Both the position numbers and the translations under genes were made by a program. Below the pieces are notes generated by a model. It made no database searches and was not told where the DNA came from. It worked only from the letters and a program-made list of their open reading frames with translations. A stretch of 64,000 bases of DNA, from IMG/VR virus record IMGVR_UViG_3300028197_000002. One strand, 5' to 3'. How positions within the stretch are numbered: the first letter of the stretch is position 1; each line of letters begins with the position of its first letter. Positions 47,162 to 56,078 of this stretch are shown in pieces. The stretch is from a virus. Its lineage: Duplodnaviria; Caudoviricetes.

Positions 47162-47833
47162 ATGTATGACGCAATTGTGATTAGTGACATTCATTTAGGA
47201 AGTAGCGTTTGTGAAGTCAAACAGCTTTATGCTTTTTTGAACAGTGTGGCATGTGATACTAAAAAAATTATTATTAATGGTGACTTTTTTGACAATTTAA
47301 ACTTTAGTCGTTTGAAAAAAAGTCATTGGGATGTTTTGTCATCTCTCAGAAGGATGAGTAAAGATGTTGATATTATTTGGATTAGAGGAAATCATGATGG
47401 AGAGGCCGAAATAATTTCGCATTTAATAGGTTTGGATTTTAAAGACGAGTATTCATTTTTTAGCGGCAGAAAAAATATTCTTTGTCTCCATGGTGATAAA
47501 TTTGATGATTTTATTTTCAAATATCCAAAAACTACTAAAGTCGCAGATTTTATTTACAGAACTATTCAAAGATTTGATAAAAATTTTCTTCCCAGATTAA
47601 TTAAACACAGATCAAAAATGTACCTTAGATGCAATGAAAACATGATTTTGAATTCTGTGAGATATGCGAAACAAAAAGGAGCAGATATAGTTTGTCTTGG
47701 CCATACCCATCATGCTGTTATTGACAAAAAAGATAAGGATGTGTGGTATTACAATTCTGGATGTTGGACTGAAAAACAATGCTCTTATCTGTCTATTAAA
47801 GATGGTGTAGTTGAGTTGAATTATTTTTCGTAA
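47162..47833 (+). CDS. Metallophosphoesterase (LpxH/UDP-2,3-diacylglucosamine hydrolase-like)
   Basis: ISDIHLG, INGDFFD, RGNHD, LHGD, LGHTH, YNSGCW. Confidence 0.88.
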   Translation: MYDAIVISDIHLGSSVCEVKQLYAFLNSVACDTKKIIINGDFFDNLNFSRLKKSHWDVLSSLRRMSKDVDIIWIRGNHDGEAEIISHLIGLDFKDEYSFFSGRKNILCLHGDKFDDFIFKYPKTTKVADFIYRTIQRFDKNFLPRLIKHRSKMYLRCNENMILNSVRYAKQKGADIVCLGHTHHAVIDKKDKDVWYYNSGCWTEKQCSYLSIKDGVVELNYFS

Positions 47834-47873
47834 TTATGTTGCACAAATATTTTTTATTTCTTTTTGATTGTGA

Positions 47874-47924
47874 AAAAACAAAAGTGATTTAAGTTTTTGA
47901 CTTTAGAAGTATTAATTATTATTT
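47874..47924 (+). repeat. Direct repeat copy 3
   Basis: AAAAACAAAAGTGATTTAAGTTTTTGACTTTAGAAGTATTAATTATTATTT. Confidence 0.92.
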
Positions 47925-48012
47925 AATCCTGTTTTTTTGGTATTTTGGGCAATTTGAAAAATATTGATAGCAAGATTATGTCGATTGTCATTCATTTGAA
48001 TGGCATTTTTGC

Positions 48013-48040
48013 TTGACCAAATTGTGAAAATCGGTACAAT
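48013..48040 (+). promoter_or_regulatory. sigma70-type promoter
   Basis: TTGACC-16 bp-TACAAT. Confidence 0.7.
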
Positions 48041-48112
48041 GGTCACTTCGCAACGGAGTGCGAATTTTCTAAAATTCGGAACTCTTTTCCTATTTGCCTA
48101 ACGGAGTGCAAA

Positions 48113-48334
48113 ATGCTTTTCTATGTTTCTTGTTCTAAAAAACAAACAATGATTCAATCAAAAACCCATAAAGATGCTGCTTTAAAATATATTTCTGACA
48201 ATAAAGATTATGGGAACATTATTTGCGTTTCACATCAAGAGATAAACCGTGACAATAGCGATTCTCAAGTTTTTTTCCTAGCAGATGCTTTAAAACCTGA
48301 AAAGAGCATTGAAAATTTTAGAGTTGTTTACTAA
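48113..48334 (+). CDS. Small hypothetical protein
   Basis: GGAG RBS inside the repeated AACGGAGTGC. Confidence 0.6.
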   Translation: MLFYVSCSKKQTMIQSKTHKDAALKYISDNKDYGNIICVSHQEINRDNSDSQVFFLADALKPEKSIENFRVVY

Positions 48335-48451
48335 ACAAATAGGTTGCAATTAAATAAAAAAAATATTTGTTTACTTTACTTTTAATAAAAATTTAACTAA
48401 AATATTATTACTTTCGCCAACTGACTATAAACTCAACAAAAAAAATACATC

Positions 48452-48462
48452 TAGTTTATGGT
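48452..48462 (+). promoter_or_regulatory. TAGTTTRYGGT motif 1
   Basis: TAGTTTATGGT after an A-tract. Confidence 0.65.
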
Positions 48463-48594
48463 TTAGTTGCTAAAGAGAGATATGGCACGATCAAATAAAA
48501 GTGCTGTGTCTTTTTTTGCCTTAAAACATCTACTTTACTTTTTGAAAATTTTAACCTAAAATATTTTTGATTTGACAATTAAAAAAAATCTAGC

Positions 48595-48605
48595 TAGTTT
48601 ATGGT
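48595..48605 (+). promoter_or_regulatory. TAGTTTRYGGT motif 2
   Basis: TAGTTTATGGT after an A-tract; TTGACA at 48572. Confidence 0.65.
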
Positions 48606-48650
48606 TTAGTTGTTAGGTCAAATTACTTGTTGTTCTTGAAAGGAACTCTA

Positions 48651-49646
48651 ATGCCTGCTACTAAGAAGAAGTCTGAGTCTGCTAAAGAAGTTAGTGTGCC
48701 TATGGCAGAAAGAAAGCCAAGGTCTAAGCTGATTGGTGTATTTGCAGGAAAAATGAAACCTGCTCCAAAATCCATCAAGAAAAATGAACGTCCTGTAATT
48801 GATTTGCCTAGAGAAATTCAAGAACAATTTGTTCGTTTTGCTGCAACTAAAAATCTGTTTGATGTTTTTGAAGATAGAAAGAAAGAGCAAACTGGTCTTC
48901 TTTATTCATCTATTTTTGAAAAGTTTGTTGACCAATTATGGGCAACGAAGAAACAGCCTCAGAATCCATCTATTGTGGTAGAAACTAATGGCAAAGTTGA
49001 TGCCAAGGGTCAATTTATTGTTCAGGTGGGCAGTAAAGTTAAGATCAACATGCCTCCTGTTGATGAAGATGATGATTCCCCTGATGAAGTGATGATTGCC
49101 GCATTGGAAAACATGGGCGTTAAAAGAGAGAATGCTGAATCTTTGATTGAAAAAGAAGTTTCTTTTGTTCCTCAATGGTCGTTGAATTTTACCGAAATGC
49201 TTCATGGTGCTACTGTTGCAGGCAAGTTCCGAGAAGCTACTGATGGTCAAATCTCTGCTAGTGAAGCATTGTTTTCTTCTATTAAAGGCATGGATGAAAA
49301 TGGGGAAAGTCTTGATGCAAAAGGAAGACTTGCTTTGCTTAAAAAGTTTTCTGTAGAAGATTGGCAACTGCTTGCTAAGAATATTGATAGTCATACCTCC
49401 TACTATCCTCAATTACTTTCGGGTGGAGATTTTCTTGATCGAGTTTGCGATTATGCAGATTTCCGAGAAGAATTAGATGCTATTTTGACTATGTTCCGAC
49501 CTGTTCATTTTTGCCAGCGGGTAAAGTTCGCTGTAGACGCAACAGGTGAGGATCGTCAAAATAAATTGGTTGCCGAAGCAATTTCTGCAATCACTGGCGA
49601 AGAAAACAATCATGATATTCAATTATCATACATGGGTCGTTCATAA
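48651..49646 (+). CDS. Hypothetical protein
   Basis: Long ORF, GAAAGGA RBS before ATG 48651. Confidence 0.75.
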   Translation: MPATKKKSESAKEVSVPMAERKPRSKLIGVFAGKMKPAPKSIKKNERPVIDLPREIQEQFVRFAATKNLFDVFEDRKKEQTGLLYSSIFEKFVDQLWATKKQPQNPSIVVETNGKVDAKGQFIVQVGSKVKINMPPVDEDDDSPDEVMIAALENMGVKRENAESLIEKEVSFVPQWSLNFTEMLHGATVAGKFREATDGQISASEALFSSIKGMDENGESLDAKGRLALLKKFSVEDWQLLAKNIDSHTSYYPQLLSGGDFLDRVCDYADFREELDAILTMFRPVHFCQRVKFAVDATGEDRQNKLVAEAISAITGEENNHDIQLSYMGRS

Positions 49647-49706
49647 AATTTAGAAGTGGTTTCTAAGTTTTGTTGTTTGTGTGTTTTTCCTTGAAAGGGA
49701 ATGTAA

Positions 49707-50063
49707 ATGTCGAAGACTGCTGAAAAGATTAACAAGAGTAAGATGGTTCGTGATTATCTTGCCGCCAATAATGATGCTGATACAAATAGTGTTGTAGAGC
49801 ATTTTAAGAGTGAAGGGATTGAGATTAACAAGCAATTTGTTTATCAAACCCGAACTCATATCAAGAACCCAAAGAAGCGTTCTTCTACCAATCCGAAAGC
49901 GAAGTCTTTCGCTAAGGCTAAGGCTAAAGCTAAAACTTCTTCTAAGCCAAAGATGGATCATTATGATTCTTTGGTTGCTGCCAAGAGGTTGCTTGAGTCT
50001 GTTGGGGGTGATTTGGGTCAAGCAAAAAAGAGTCTAGACACTCTTACCAAACTCATTTCGTAA
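49707..50063 (+). CDS. Small basic nucleoid-type protein (Planctomycete-like family)
   Basis: NKSKMVRDYL..GIEINKQFVY..AKAKAKAK..DSLVAAKRLLESVGGDLGQAKKSL. Confidence 0.65.
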   Translation: MSKTAEKINKSKMVRDYLAANNDADTNSVVEHFKSEGIEINKQFVYQTRTHIKNPKKRSSTNPKAKSFAKAKAKAKTSSKPKMDHYDSLVAAKRLLESVGGDLGQAKKSLDTLTKLIS

Positions 50064-50150
50064 GATGGTCTGGAACACTCAAAACACTCATTTCGTTGCT
50101 GAGAGGGGAAATAAGCCTCCAACTCAAAGCAACGAAATGAGTTTGTTTTG

Positions 50151-50840
50151 TTATATGTATTTTGAACTTCTGGAAATTTTACATGTATCATCAAACATAA
50201 TTAAACTGTCTATTGCTGAGATTAAGGCATCAGAAGTTAGGTTTAACATTTGTTTGTCTGATCTTAATTCGTGAACTATTTCTAATTGCAAAGAATTTAC
50301 GAATTGGTTTGGATACCACTTTTTGAAAAGTTGATTTAAATTATTTTTTGCCCTTCCTGCATATCTTTTTTTACCTTCATAAACACCAAATCCTTCATCT
50401 TCTAAAAAACTTACAAAGGCACTTTTTATTTTTGGAGAGCAAGTGTGGGAATATGAACTTGGGCCATGTCCGTACCCAACAATTATGTCAAGTTCTGGAT
50501 CATCTACATATTTTCTTACGCTGTCTCCACATCCATGAATATTTATTATAAAAACTCTTTCATCTAATGTTCTTTGTATTCTTGCAACATTTCTCAATAT
50601 TGGCTCTAAAAATTCTTCTCTTACAACGTCTTCTTGAATGTGAGATATGTTATTGCAGTCTGCCCTGTCATTTAGATGATCGACAGAATATCCTTTTTTC
50701 CACCCTCTATTAATAACAGAAAAAAGATTCATTTCTGATGCAACTAACTCTACAAGATAATCTGTATTTAAGTCATCTGGCCCATGTGGTGCAACTAATA
50801 CTACTGGCAAATCGCCTTTTGATACGCTAACTCTTTCCAT
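50151..50840 (-). CDS. N-formylglutamate amidohydrolase-like Zn hydrolase
   Basis: LVAPHG, INIHG, SLQLEI. Confidence 0.55.
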   Translation of the reverse strand: MERVSVSKGDLPVVLVAPHGPDDLNTDYLVELVASEMNLFSVINRGWKKGYSVDHLNDRADCNNISHIQEDVVREEFLEPILRNVARIQRTLDERVFIINIHGCGDSVRKYVDDPELDIIVGYGHGPSSYSHTCSPKIKSAFVSFLEDEGFGVYEGKKRYAGRAKNNLNQLFKKWYPNQFVNSLQLEIVHELRSDKQMLNLTSDALISAIDSLIMFDDTCKISRSSKYI

Positions 50841-50889
50841 TTTGACCTTTAAAATTAATATTATTTGTATCGAACATAAAAAAATAAAG

Positions 50890-50900
50890 TAGTTTACGGT
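50890..50900 (+). promoter_or_regulatory. TAGTTTRYGGT motif 3
   Basis: TAGTTTACGGT upstream of the sigma-like gene. Confidence 0.65.
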
Positions 50901-50913
50901 ACTAATTCGCAGA

Positions 50914-51930
50914 ATGATTATTTCTTTCGAAAGGAAACCTATGAATAATTTAGTTATTTCCCATAATAAATTATCAAAATCTGATGTTTTTGAAATCTCT
51001 CAAGAATTATCTGCTGTAAATTTAATTCTTAAAAAATATCATCAGAAGATGGCGACCAGAAAAGGCAGAAAAGGTTATCGAGACAGTGAGGGGAATAGTT
51101 TTACCGTTATTGATCTATTAAACTTAATTTATAAAAATAGAAAAGAAGATTGTATTAAAGTAAAAGGAATTTTAATTGATTGTGAAGATGTAGAGAAACT
51201 ATGCAATATTAAAGAAAAAGAATATTTACTTTTAAGCAACTATTCTCGTATGTTTTACGCTTTGTCTAAAAAACATTTTCTTTCTACTTCCATGTATGAC
51301 ATGGAAGATTTACAGAACGAATGTATAACTGCTTGTTTAAAGGCAATGTATGGATATGATGCTGAAACAGCAGGCAGGCAGCAAGTCGCTTCTCTTTTCA
51401 CATTTCTCTATAGGTCTGTGAATAATCATTTAATTAAGCTGAGTCGGACTATGCTTTCATCTCTAGACCGCAAAGCAGTAAAAATCAAATGTAAATTTAT
51501 GGACTTGAAAAATGAAAATCCCAATCTTACTTTTGATGATTTGGTTTCTAAATTAAGTTTATCTCCAAAAGAATTGAAAATATTAACCTGTGCTTTATCT
51601 TCAACCGTTTATCGAGAATCAGATTGCAATGGGGAAGATAAATCCTTGATTATTAATCAAGTTGTTGCAGAAAAAGAAAAAGAGTTGGAATTAGTAGAAT
51701 CTACTGTTATGAAAAACATGGGAGAAATTATTTTTACTTTATCTGAATTGGAGAAAGAAGTTTTACGGGGGTATTTGAATGAGAAATACCCTAGTGGAAA
51801 AAAGTCAAATCGAGGAATTGGCAAATTTGCAAAAAATTTAATTAATCCAAAAACTAAAAAACCATACAGTAGAATGGCTATAAGTTATGCTTGGAAGCGG
51901 GTTCAGGAAAAAATTAAAAAGGCTGCGTAA
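50914..51930 (+). CDS. Divergent sigma70-like factor
   Basis: Region-2-like DMEDLQNECITACLKAMYGYD..FTFLYRSVNNHL; region-4-like LSELEKEVL..YSRMAISYAWKRVQEKI; ends KKAA; start may be 50941. Confidence 0.65.
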   Translation: MIISFERKPMNNLVISHNKLSKSDVFEISQELSAVNLILKKYHQKMATRKGRKGYRDSEGNSFTVIDLLNLIYKNRKEDCIKVKGILIDCEDVEKLCNIKEKEYLLLSNYSRMFYALSKKHFLSTSMYDMEDLQNECITACLKAMYGYDAETAGRQQVASLFTFLYRSVNNHLIKLSRTMLSSLDRKAVKIKCKFMDLKNENPNLTFDDLVSKLSLSPKELKILTCALSSTVYRESDCNGEDKSLIINQVVAEKEKELELVESTVMKNMGEIIFTLSELEKEVLRGYLNEKYPSGKKSNRGIGKFAKNLINPKTKKPYSRMAISYAWKRVQEKIKKAA

Positions 51931-51943
51931 AAAAAAATAAAAG

Positions 51944-51954
51944 TAGTTTGCGGT
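51944..51954 (+). promoter_or_regulatory. TAGTTTRYGGT motif 4
   Basis: TAGTTTGCGGT upstream of the RuvB-like gene. Confidence 0.65.
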
Positions 51955-51980
51955 ATTTTTACCCTGAAGGAGAAAAACTA

Positions 51981-53120
51981 ATGCTTGAAAATTCATCCCA
52001 AGTCCAAAATGAGTTACTATTTAGAAAATTGACTGTTGAAGAAAGAAAATGGAAAATCTCCAGAAAGAATCCCGAATGCCCATTAAATAAATTCATTGGC
52101 AATCCCAAGGCTATCAGAAGGCTCGCTAGGGCTGCTTTTTCTGCTATGGGCAATAGGAATAGAGATTGTTCTGATTACTCTCTAGCTGTTTGTGGGCCTC
52201 CATCAACGGGTAAGACTTATTTGACGAAATTATTTGCTAAAACTATAGGTTTGCCATTAGTTGTAATCGAGCCTCAAACAGTAAAAAGAGTACAAAATAT
52301 TTTTGATGAAATTGCTTTGACTTGTCGTGAATTTTCTTGTGATGACATAGTTCAAGCTGGAGAATTGACGCTTAAGGCGGATGATAAAGGAAAGTTCTCG
52401 TTACCTCCAGTAATTGTTTTTATAGATGAAGTTCATAATCTTAAGTCAAATGTGGTTCAAGGTCTTTTGAAAGCAACAGAACCTAATGATAGGATTATGA
52501 TTACGGAAGAAGGTCAGCAAATTGCTACAAATAAAGTTTGTTGGATGATTGCTACAACAGATCGTGGAGATTTGTTTGATGCTTTCGACACTAGGTTTCA
52601 AAAAGTTAATCTTAGACTATATTCTAAAGACGAAATGGCTAAGATTGTCCAAATGAATAATTCTGATTGGGATATGGATGTTTGTAGGTTAGTTGCGACA
52701 TATAACCCTATTGTCCCAAGAGAAGCGATTGCTTTTGCTAAAGACATGCGCGTTGAACATGAAATGAATCCATCTGAGTGGCTGAATGTTGCCAAAAGAA
52801 CAGCGGAGGATCATGGAATAGATGAATTTGGAATGACCTATGCCAGATTGAATGTTCTTAAAGCATTAGGGCGATCAACGATGTCAGCATCACAGATGCC
52901 ATTTGTTGTTCATGTTAAAGAAGATGAATTGAAAAAGTATATTATGCCTCCTCTACTTGCAAGGACTCCTGACCAACAAGTTCCTTTTGTAACTGTTTGT
53001 AGCAGAGGATATTCTATAACAAAGGCTGGACTTGCAGAGTTAGACAAGAGAGGGATTTCTCATAGGGGACTTAAAGCAATGCCGGAGTCGGTCGCAGAAA
53101 TGTTTACGGATGCTGCATAA
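51981..53120 (+). CDS. RuvB-like AAA+ ATPase (Holliday junction helicase family)
   Basis: GPPSTGKT, FIDEVH, IATTDRG..FDTRF, RLYSKDE, GIDEFG, SRGYSIT winged-helix tail; ends DAA. Confidence 0.8.
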   Translation: MLENSSQVQNELLFRKLTVEERKWKISRKNPECPLNKFIGNPKAIRRLARAAFSAMGNRNRDCSDYSLAVCGPPSTGKTYLTKLFAKTIGLPLVVIEPQTVKRVQNIFDEIALTCREFSCDDIVQAGELTLKADDKGKFSLPPVIVFIDEVHNLKSNVVQGLLKATEPNDRIMITEEGQQIATNKVCWMIATTDRGDLFDAFDTRFQKVNLRLYSKDEMAKIVQMNNSDWDMDVCRLVATYNPIVPREAIAFAKDMRVEHEMNPSEWLNVAKRTAEDHGIDEFGMTYARLNVLKALGRSTMSASQMPFVVHVKEDELKKYIMPPLLARTPDQQVPFVTVCSRGYSITKAGLAELDKRGISHRGLKAMPESVAEMFTDAA

Positions 53121-53131
53121 AAAAACAATAT

Positions 53132-53142
53132 TAGTTTGTGGT
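53132..53142 (+). promoter_or_regulatory. TAGTTTRYGGT motif 5
   Basis: TAGTTTGTGGT after an A-tract. Confidence 0.65.
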
Positions 53143-53181
53143 AACTGAAGAAAGAAACACTTACTTAAAAAGGAGATTATT

Positions 53182-53346
53182 ATGCCCAATTGGTTGAAAG
53201 CTACGCTTGCATGTGGATTGGTTTGCTTGTTCATTCCACCTTTAATTGGTCTTTTTCTTGGCGGTGGTATTGTATTCATCGCATTTATAGTAGTGTGTCA
53301 TTTGGCGAGTGCAGCGGGAATACCCACTAAGTTTCTTGATGATTAA
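53182..53346 (+). CDS. Small membrane protein (54 aa)
   Basis: AAGGAG RBS; MPNWLKATLACGLVCLFIPPLIGLFLGGGIVFIAFIVVCH..., translated by hand. Confidence 0.65.
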   Translation: MPNWLKATLACGLVCLFIPPLIGLFLGGGIVFIAFIVVCHLASAAGIPTKFLDD

Positions 53347-53357
53347 GGATTGTAAGG

Positions 53358-53555
53358 ATGCAAGAAAAATATAAAGAAGCATTTAATATTTTAGAAGATT
53401 TAAAATTAATTCCAGAAGTAAATGATGAAGATTTAAATAAAATAAGTCATGTTCTTCGCTTCCAAAGAGAACTTATGTCTGTCTATTCAAGTGCTGTTAA
53501 TACTTTAGTTTCTGAAAAAATTAAACTTCAAGAGGAATTAGATGCAAATAATTAA
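53358..53555 (+). CDS. Small hypothetical protein
   Basis: ORF track, overlapping gene chain. Confidence 0.55.
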   Translation: MQEKYKEAFNILEDLKLIPEVNDEDLNKISHVLRFQRELMSVYSSAVNTLVSEKIKLQEELDANN

Positions 53556-53781
53556 AACAAAATCACTTGTTGATTACATGAAAAAAAGATCAACCCTAGA
53601 GGGTAGAAATTGGAACATTCCTGATTCTTATCTGGAAGAAATGTTTGTTCAAAAAGGGACTAGAATTTTTTTTGGTGTGGTTTTAGATGATTTAGGAAAT
53701 ATGTTAGAAGATAAAAAGAATAAAGATTTTTTCTTGTGTTGGCAACGAATGGAAGCAGAGCGTACTTTTGATGCAAGGTAA
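53542..53781 (+). CDS. Small hypothetical protein
   Basis: ORF track, overlapping gene chain. Confidence 0.55.
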   Translation: MQIIKTKSLVDYMKKRSTLEGRNWNIPDSYLEEMFVQKGTRIFFGVVLDDLGNMLEDKKNKDFFLCWQRMEAERTFDAR

Positions 53782-53965
53782 AAAAGTATATTTTAATACG
53801 AAGTCTCAATATGGAGTGGAAACCGTAGATGAATTAAGCAAGAAAGATTTTATTGATTTCGCAGCGTTTAATGCCGAAGTCAAAAGATTGTCTAAAGAAT
53901 ATACTCTTGCTGGTATGTCGGTTTATGTTAGTCAAAGATCATGTAAAGAATGGGGTCGGCAATGA
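53768..53965 (+). CDS. Small hypothetical protein
   Basis: ORF track; ATGA coupling to the ligase. Confidence 0.55.
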   Translation: MMQGKKVYFNTKSQYGVETVDELSKKDFIDFAAFNAEVKRLSKEYTLAGMSVYVSQRSCKEWGRQ

Positions 53966-55245
53966 GTTTTAAAGAATTAGAGAAATTTGTAGAAAAACTT
54001 AAATCCACAACAAGTACGCTTGATAAAGTAGAAATAATTAAAAATTGCAATTCTGATTTTATAAAAAATATTATTTTATATACATACCATCCTTTCAAGC
54101 AGTATCATGTTACTAGCAAAAATTTAAAGAAACGAAATGATTTGTTGGGTGTGCAAATGTGCCATTCTGATTTTTTTTCTTTACTAGATGGTCTTTCAAG
54201 TAGAGAAATTACTGGTCACGATGCAATTAAATCTGTAAATGCTTTTGTTTCAAACAATTCTGAGTATGAAGAACTTATTCATTGCGTAATTGATAAAGAT
54301 TTAAAAACTAGAACTGCTGCGAAGTTGATTAACAAGGCTTTGCCTAATTTCATTCCTGAATTTAGTGTTGCTCTTGCTGATGTCTATGCACCTAAATTAG
54401 TAAGCTGGAAAGATGAATGGTATGTCTCTAGAAAGCTAGATGGAGTTAGGTGTATCGCTGTTATAGACGATTTAGGAAACCCTACGCTCTATTCCAGAAC
54501 AGGAAAAGAATTTCATACCCTTGATGTTGTTGCTTCTGATGTTCGCAAACTAAAACTTAGAAATCAAGTTTTAGATGGAGAACTATGTCTGGTGGATGAA
54601 GATGGGAATGAAGACTTTCAAGGAATAATGAAACAGTTAAAGAAAAAAGATCATACGATTGCCAATCCATCCTATAAGGTATTTGATTTTTTAAATTTAG
54701 ATGAATTTAATTCAAAGGTTGGAGAGAGAAATCTTTCTCAAAGATTGAAATGTTTGTCAGAGACATTCCCAGAGGATTCAAATTCAACATTGTCTGTCTT
54801 GGAGCAAGAGATTGTTCAAGATGATGGTCATTTTGAAAATTGGATTTCAAAATCAAAGGAAAATGGTTGGGAAGGTTGTATGCTTAGAAAAAATACGGCA
54901 TACAAAGGAAAACGAAGCAAGGATTTGCTCAAATGCAAGTCGTTTTATGATAACGAATATGAAGTTCTGTCAACAGAGACAGGCCAATTTAGATATGTAA
55001 AAGATGGTTCTGAAACTGAAGAAGAAATGCTTTCTGCTGTCATTATTAAGCATAAAGGCCATGAAGTTCGTGTAGGGAGTGGTTGGAGTGTTGAGCAAAG
55101 ACAAGAGTATTTTAAGAACCCAGAAGGAATTATTGGAAAATTAATCTGTGTTCAATACTTTGAAGAAACTAAAAATCAATCTGGCGGGATTAGTTTGAGA
55201 TTTCCTACTATTAAGCATGTTTACGGAAATTCAAGAGATTTATAA
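53962..55245 (+). CDS. ATP-dependent DNA ligase
   Basis: SRKLDGVRC, LDGEL, VFDFL, EGCMLR, LKCK, OB-fold C-terminus with SLRFP. Confidence 0.95.
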   Translation: MSFKELEKFVEKLKSTTSTLDKVEIIKNCNSDFIKNIILYTYHPFKQYHVTSKNLKKRNDLLGVQMCHSDFFSLLDGLSSREITGHDAIKSVNAFVSNNSEYEELIHCVIDKDLKTRTAAKLINKALPNFIPEFSVALADVYAPKLVSWKDEWYVSRKLDGVRCIAVIDDLGNPTLYSRTGKEFHTLDVVASDVRKLKLRNQVLDGELCLVDEDGNEDFQGIMKQLKKKDHTIANPSYKVFDFLNLDEFNSKVGERNLSQRLKCLSETFPEDSNSTLSVLEQEIVQDDGHFENWISKSKENGWEGCMLRKNTAYKGKRSKDLLKCKSFYDNEYEVLSTETGQFRYVKDGSETEEEMLSAVIIKHKGHEVRVGSGWSVEQRQEYFKNPEGIIGKLICVQYFEETKNQSGGISLRFPTIKHVYGNSRDL

Positions 55246-55289
55246 TAAAAATAGCAAAAAGATGCTCTTTTCTCATCTACATAACTTAC

Positions 55290-55697
55290 ATGAAGATGCC
55301 AGAGGTGTTATTATCTAATCTTAGGGATATGGTTTTTGAAAGAAATATAGAAAAAGTAAAATCTATATTAGAACTTTCCCCTGACGAAAAATTAATTCCA
55401 GAGGAATTTGTTACTTTGGATGAAGTTAATTTAATTGTTTTGGAAAGTTTGGAAGAAGAAGATGTCAAACATATTGAAGAAAGTGAAAATATTTTATATT
55501 CAATATCTCTTTCTGCAAGCACTTTAAAAAGCATTTTTTACAAGATTAAAACTAGAATTTTCACTAATTATATGTCAAAATTAGTTTCACGGGGCTTTTT
55601 TGAATGTGCTTTTTCAGAAGAAGATAATGATTTCATTTTTTCTGTATCTGAAAAAGGCAAGAAACACGGAATTGAAAAAATTCCTGAATGGTTATAA
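55290..55697 (+). CDS. Hypothetical acidic protein
   Basis: ORF track. Confidence 0.6.
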   Translation: MKMPEVLLSNLRDMVFERNIEKVKSILELSPDEKLIPEEFVTLDEVNLIVLESLEEEDVKHIEESENILYSISLSASTLKSIFYKIKTRIFTNYMSKLVSRGFFECAFSEEDNDFIFSVSEKGKKHGIEKIPEWL

Positions 55698-55707
55698 AGG
55701 ATTCTAA

Positions 55708-55902
55708 ATGCAAAACGAAACTCATTCTGAGTATTGTTCTCTTTCAAATTTTGATTGGCAAAGATTTAATAAAAAAGTCGAAAATTTGTTGAGTAAAATA
55801 AAATCAAAAAAAGAAGCAGAGAATACTATTTTAATTTTGAATTTAATTAAAACAAAAGACGCTCAACTAATTAATTTGGAGAGCGAAAATGAAGAATGTT
55901 AG
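55708..55902 (+). CDS. Small hypothetical protein
   Basis: ORF track. Confidence 0.5.
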   Translation: MQNETHSEYCSLSNFDWQRFNKKVENLLSKIKSKKEAENTILILNLIKTKDAQLINLESENEEC

Positions 55903-56078
55903 CAACTTTACTTACAGCCATTATTATACTAGGATTATATTATTTATTTTGGGGCGACTCAAATGATGATAATAATAATAATGATGATGATAATGAACTG
56001 AAAGAAATAGACGATGACGTAATCGCCTATGCAATAGTTAATGATATGTTTGATAATGATGGAGTTGAAATTGATTAA
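55896..56078 (+). CDS. Small single-pass membrane protein with Asp/Asn tail
   Basis: N-terminal hydrophobic helix. Confidence 0.55.
   Translation: MLATLLTAIIILGLYYLFWGDSNDDNNNNDDDNELKEIDDDVIAYAIVNDMFDNDGVEID

Noticed and set aside
46591-47924. CRISPR array interpretation of the three direct repeats
   Set aside because: Gaps of about 410 and 770 bp contain whole genes, the copies are unequal in length, and no cas genes are present
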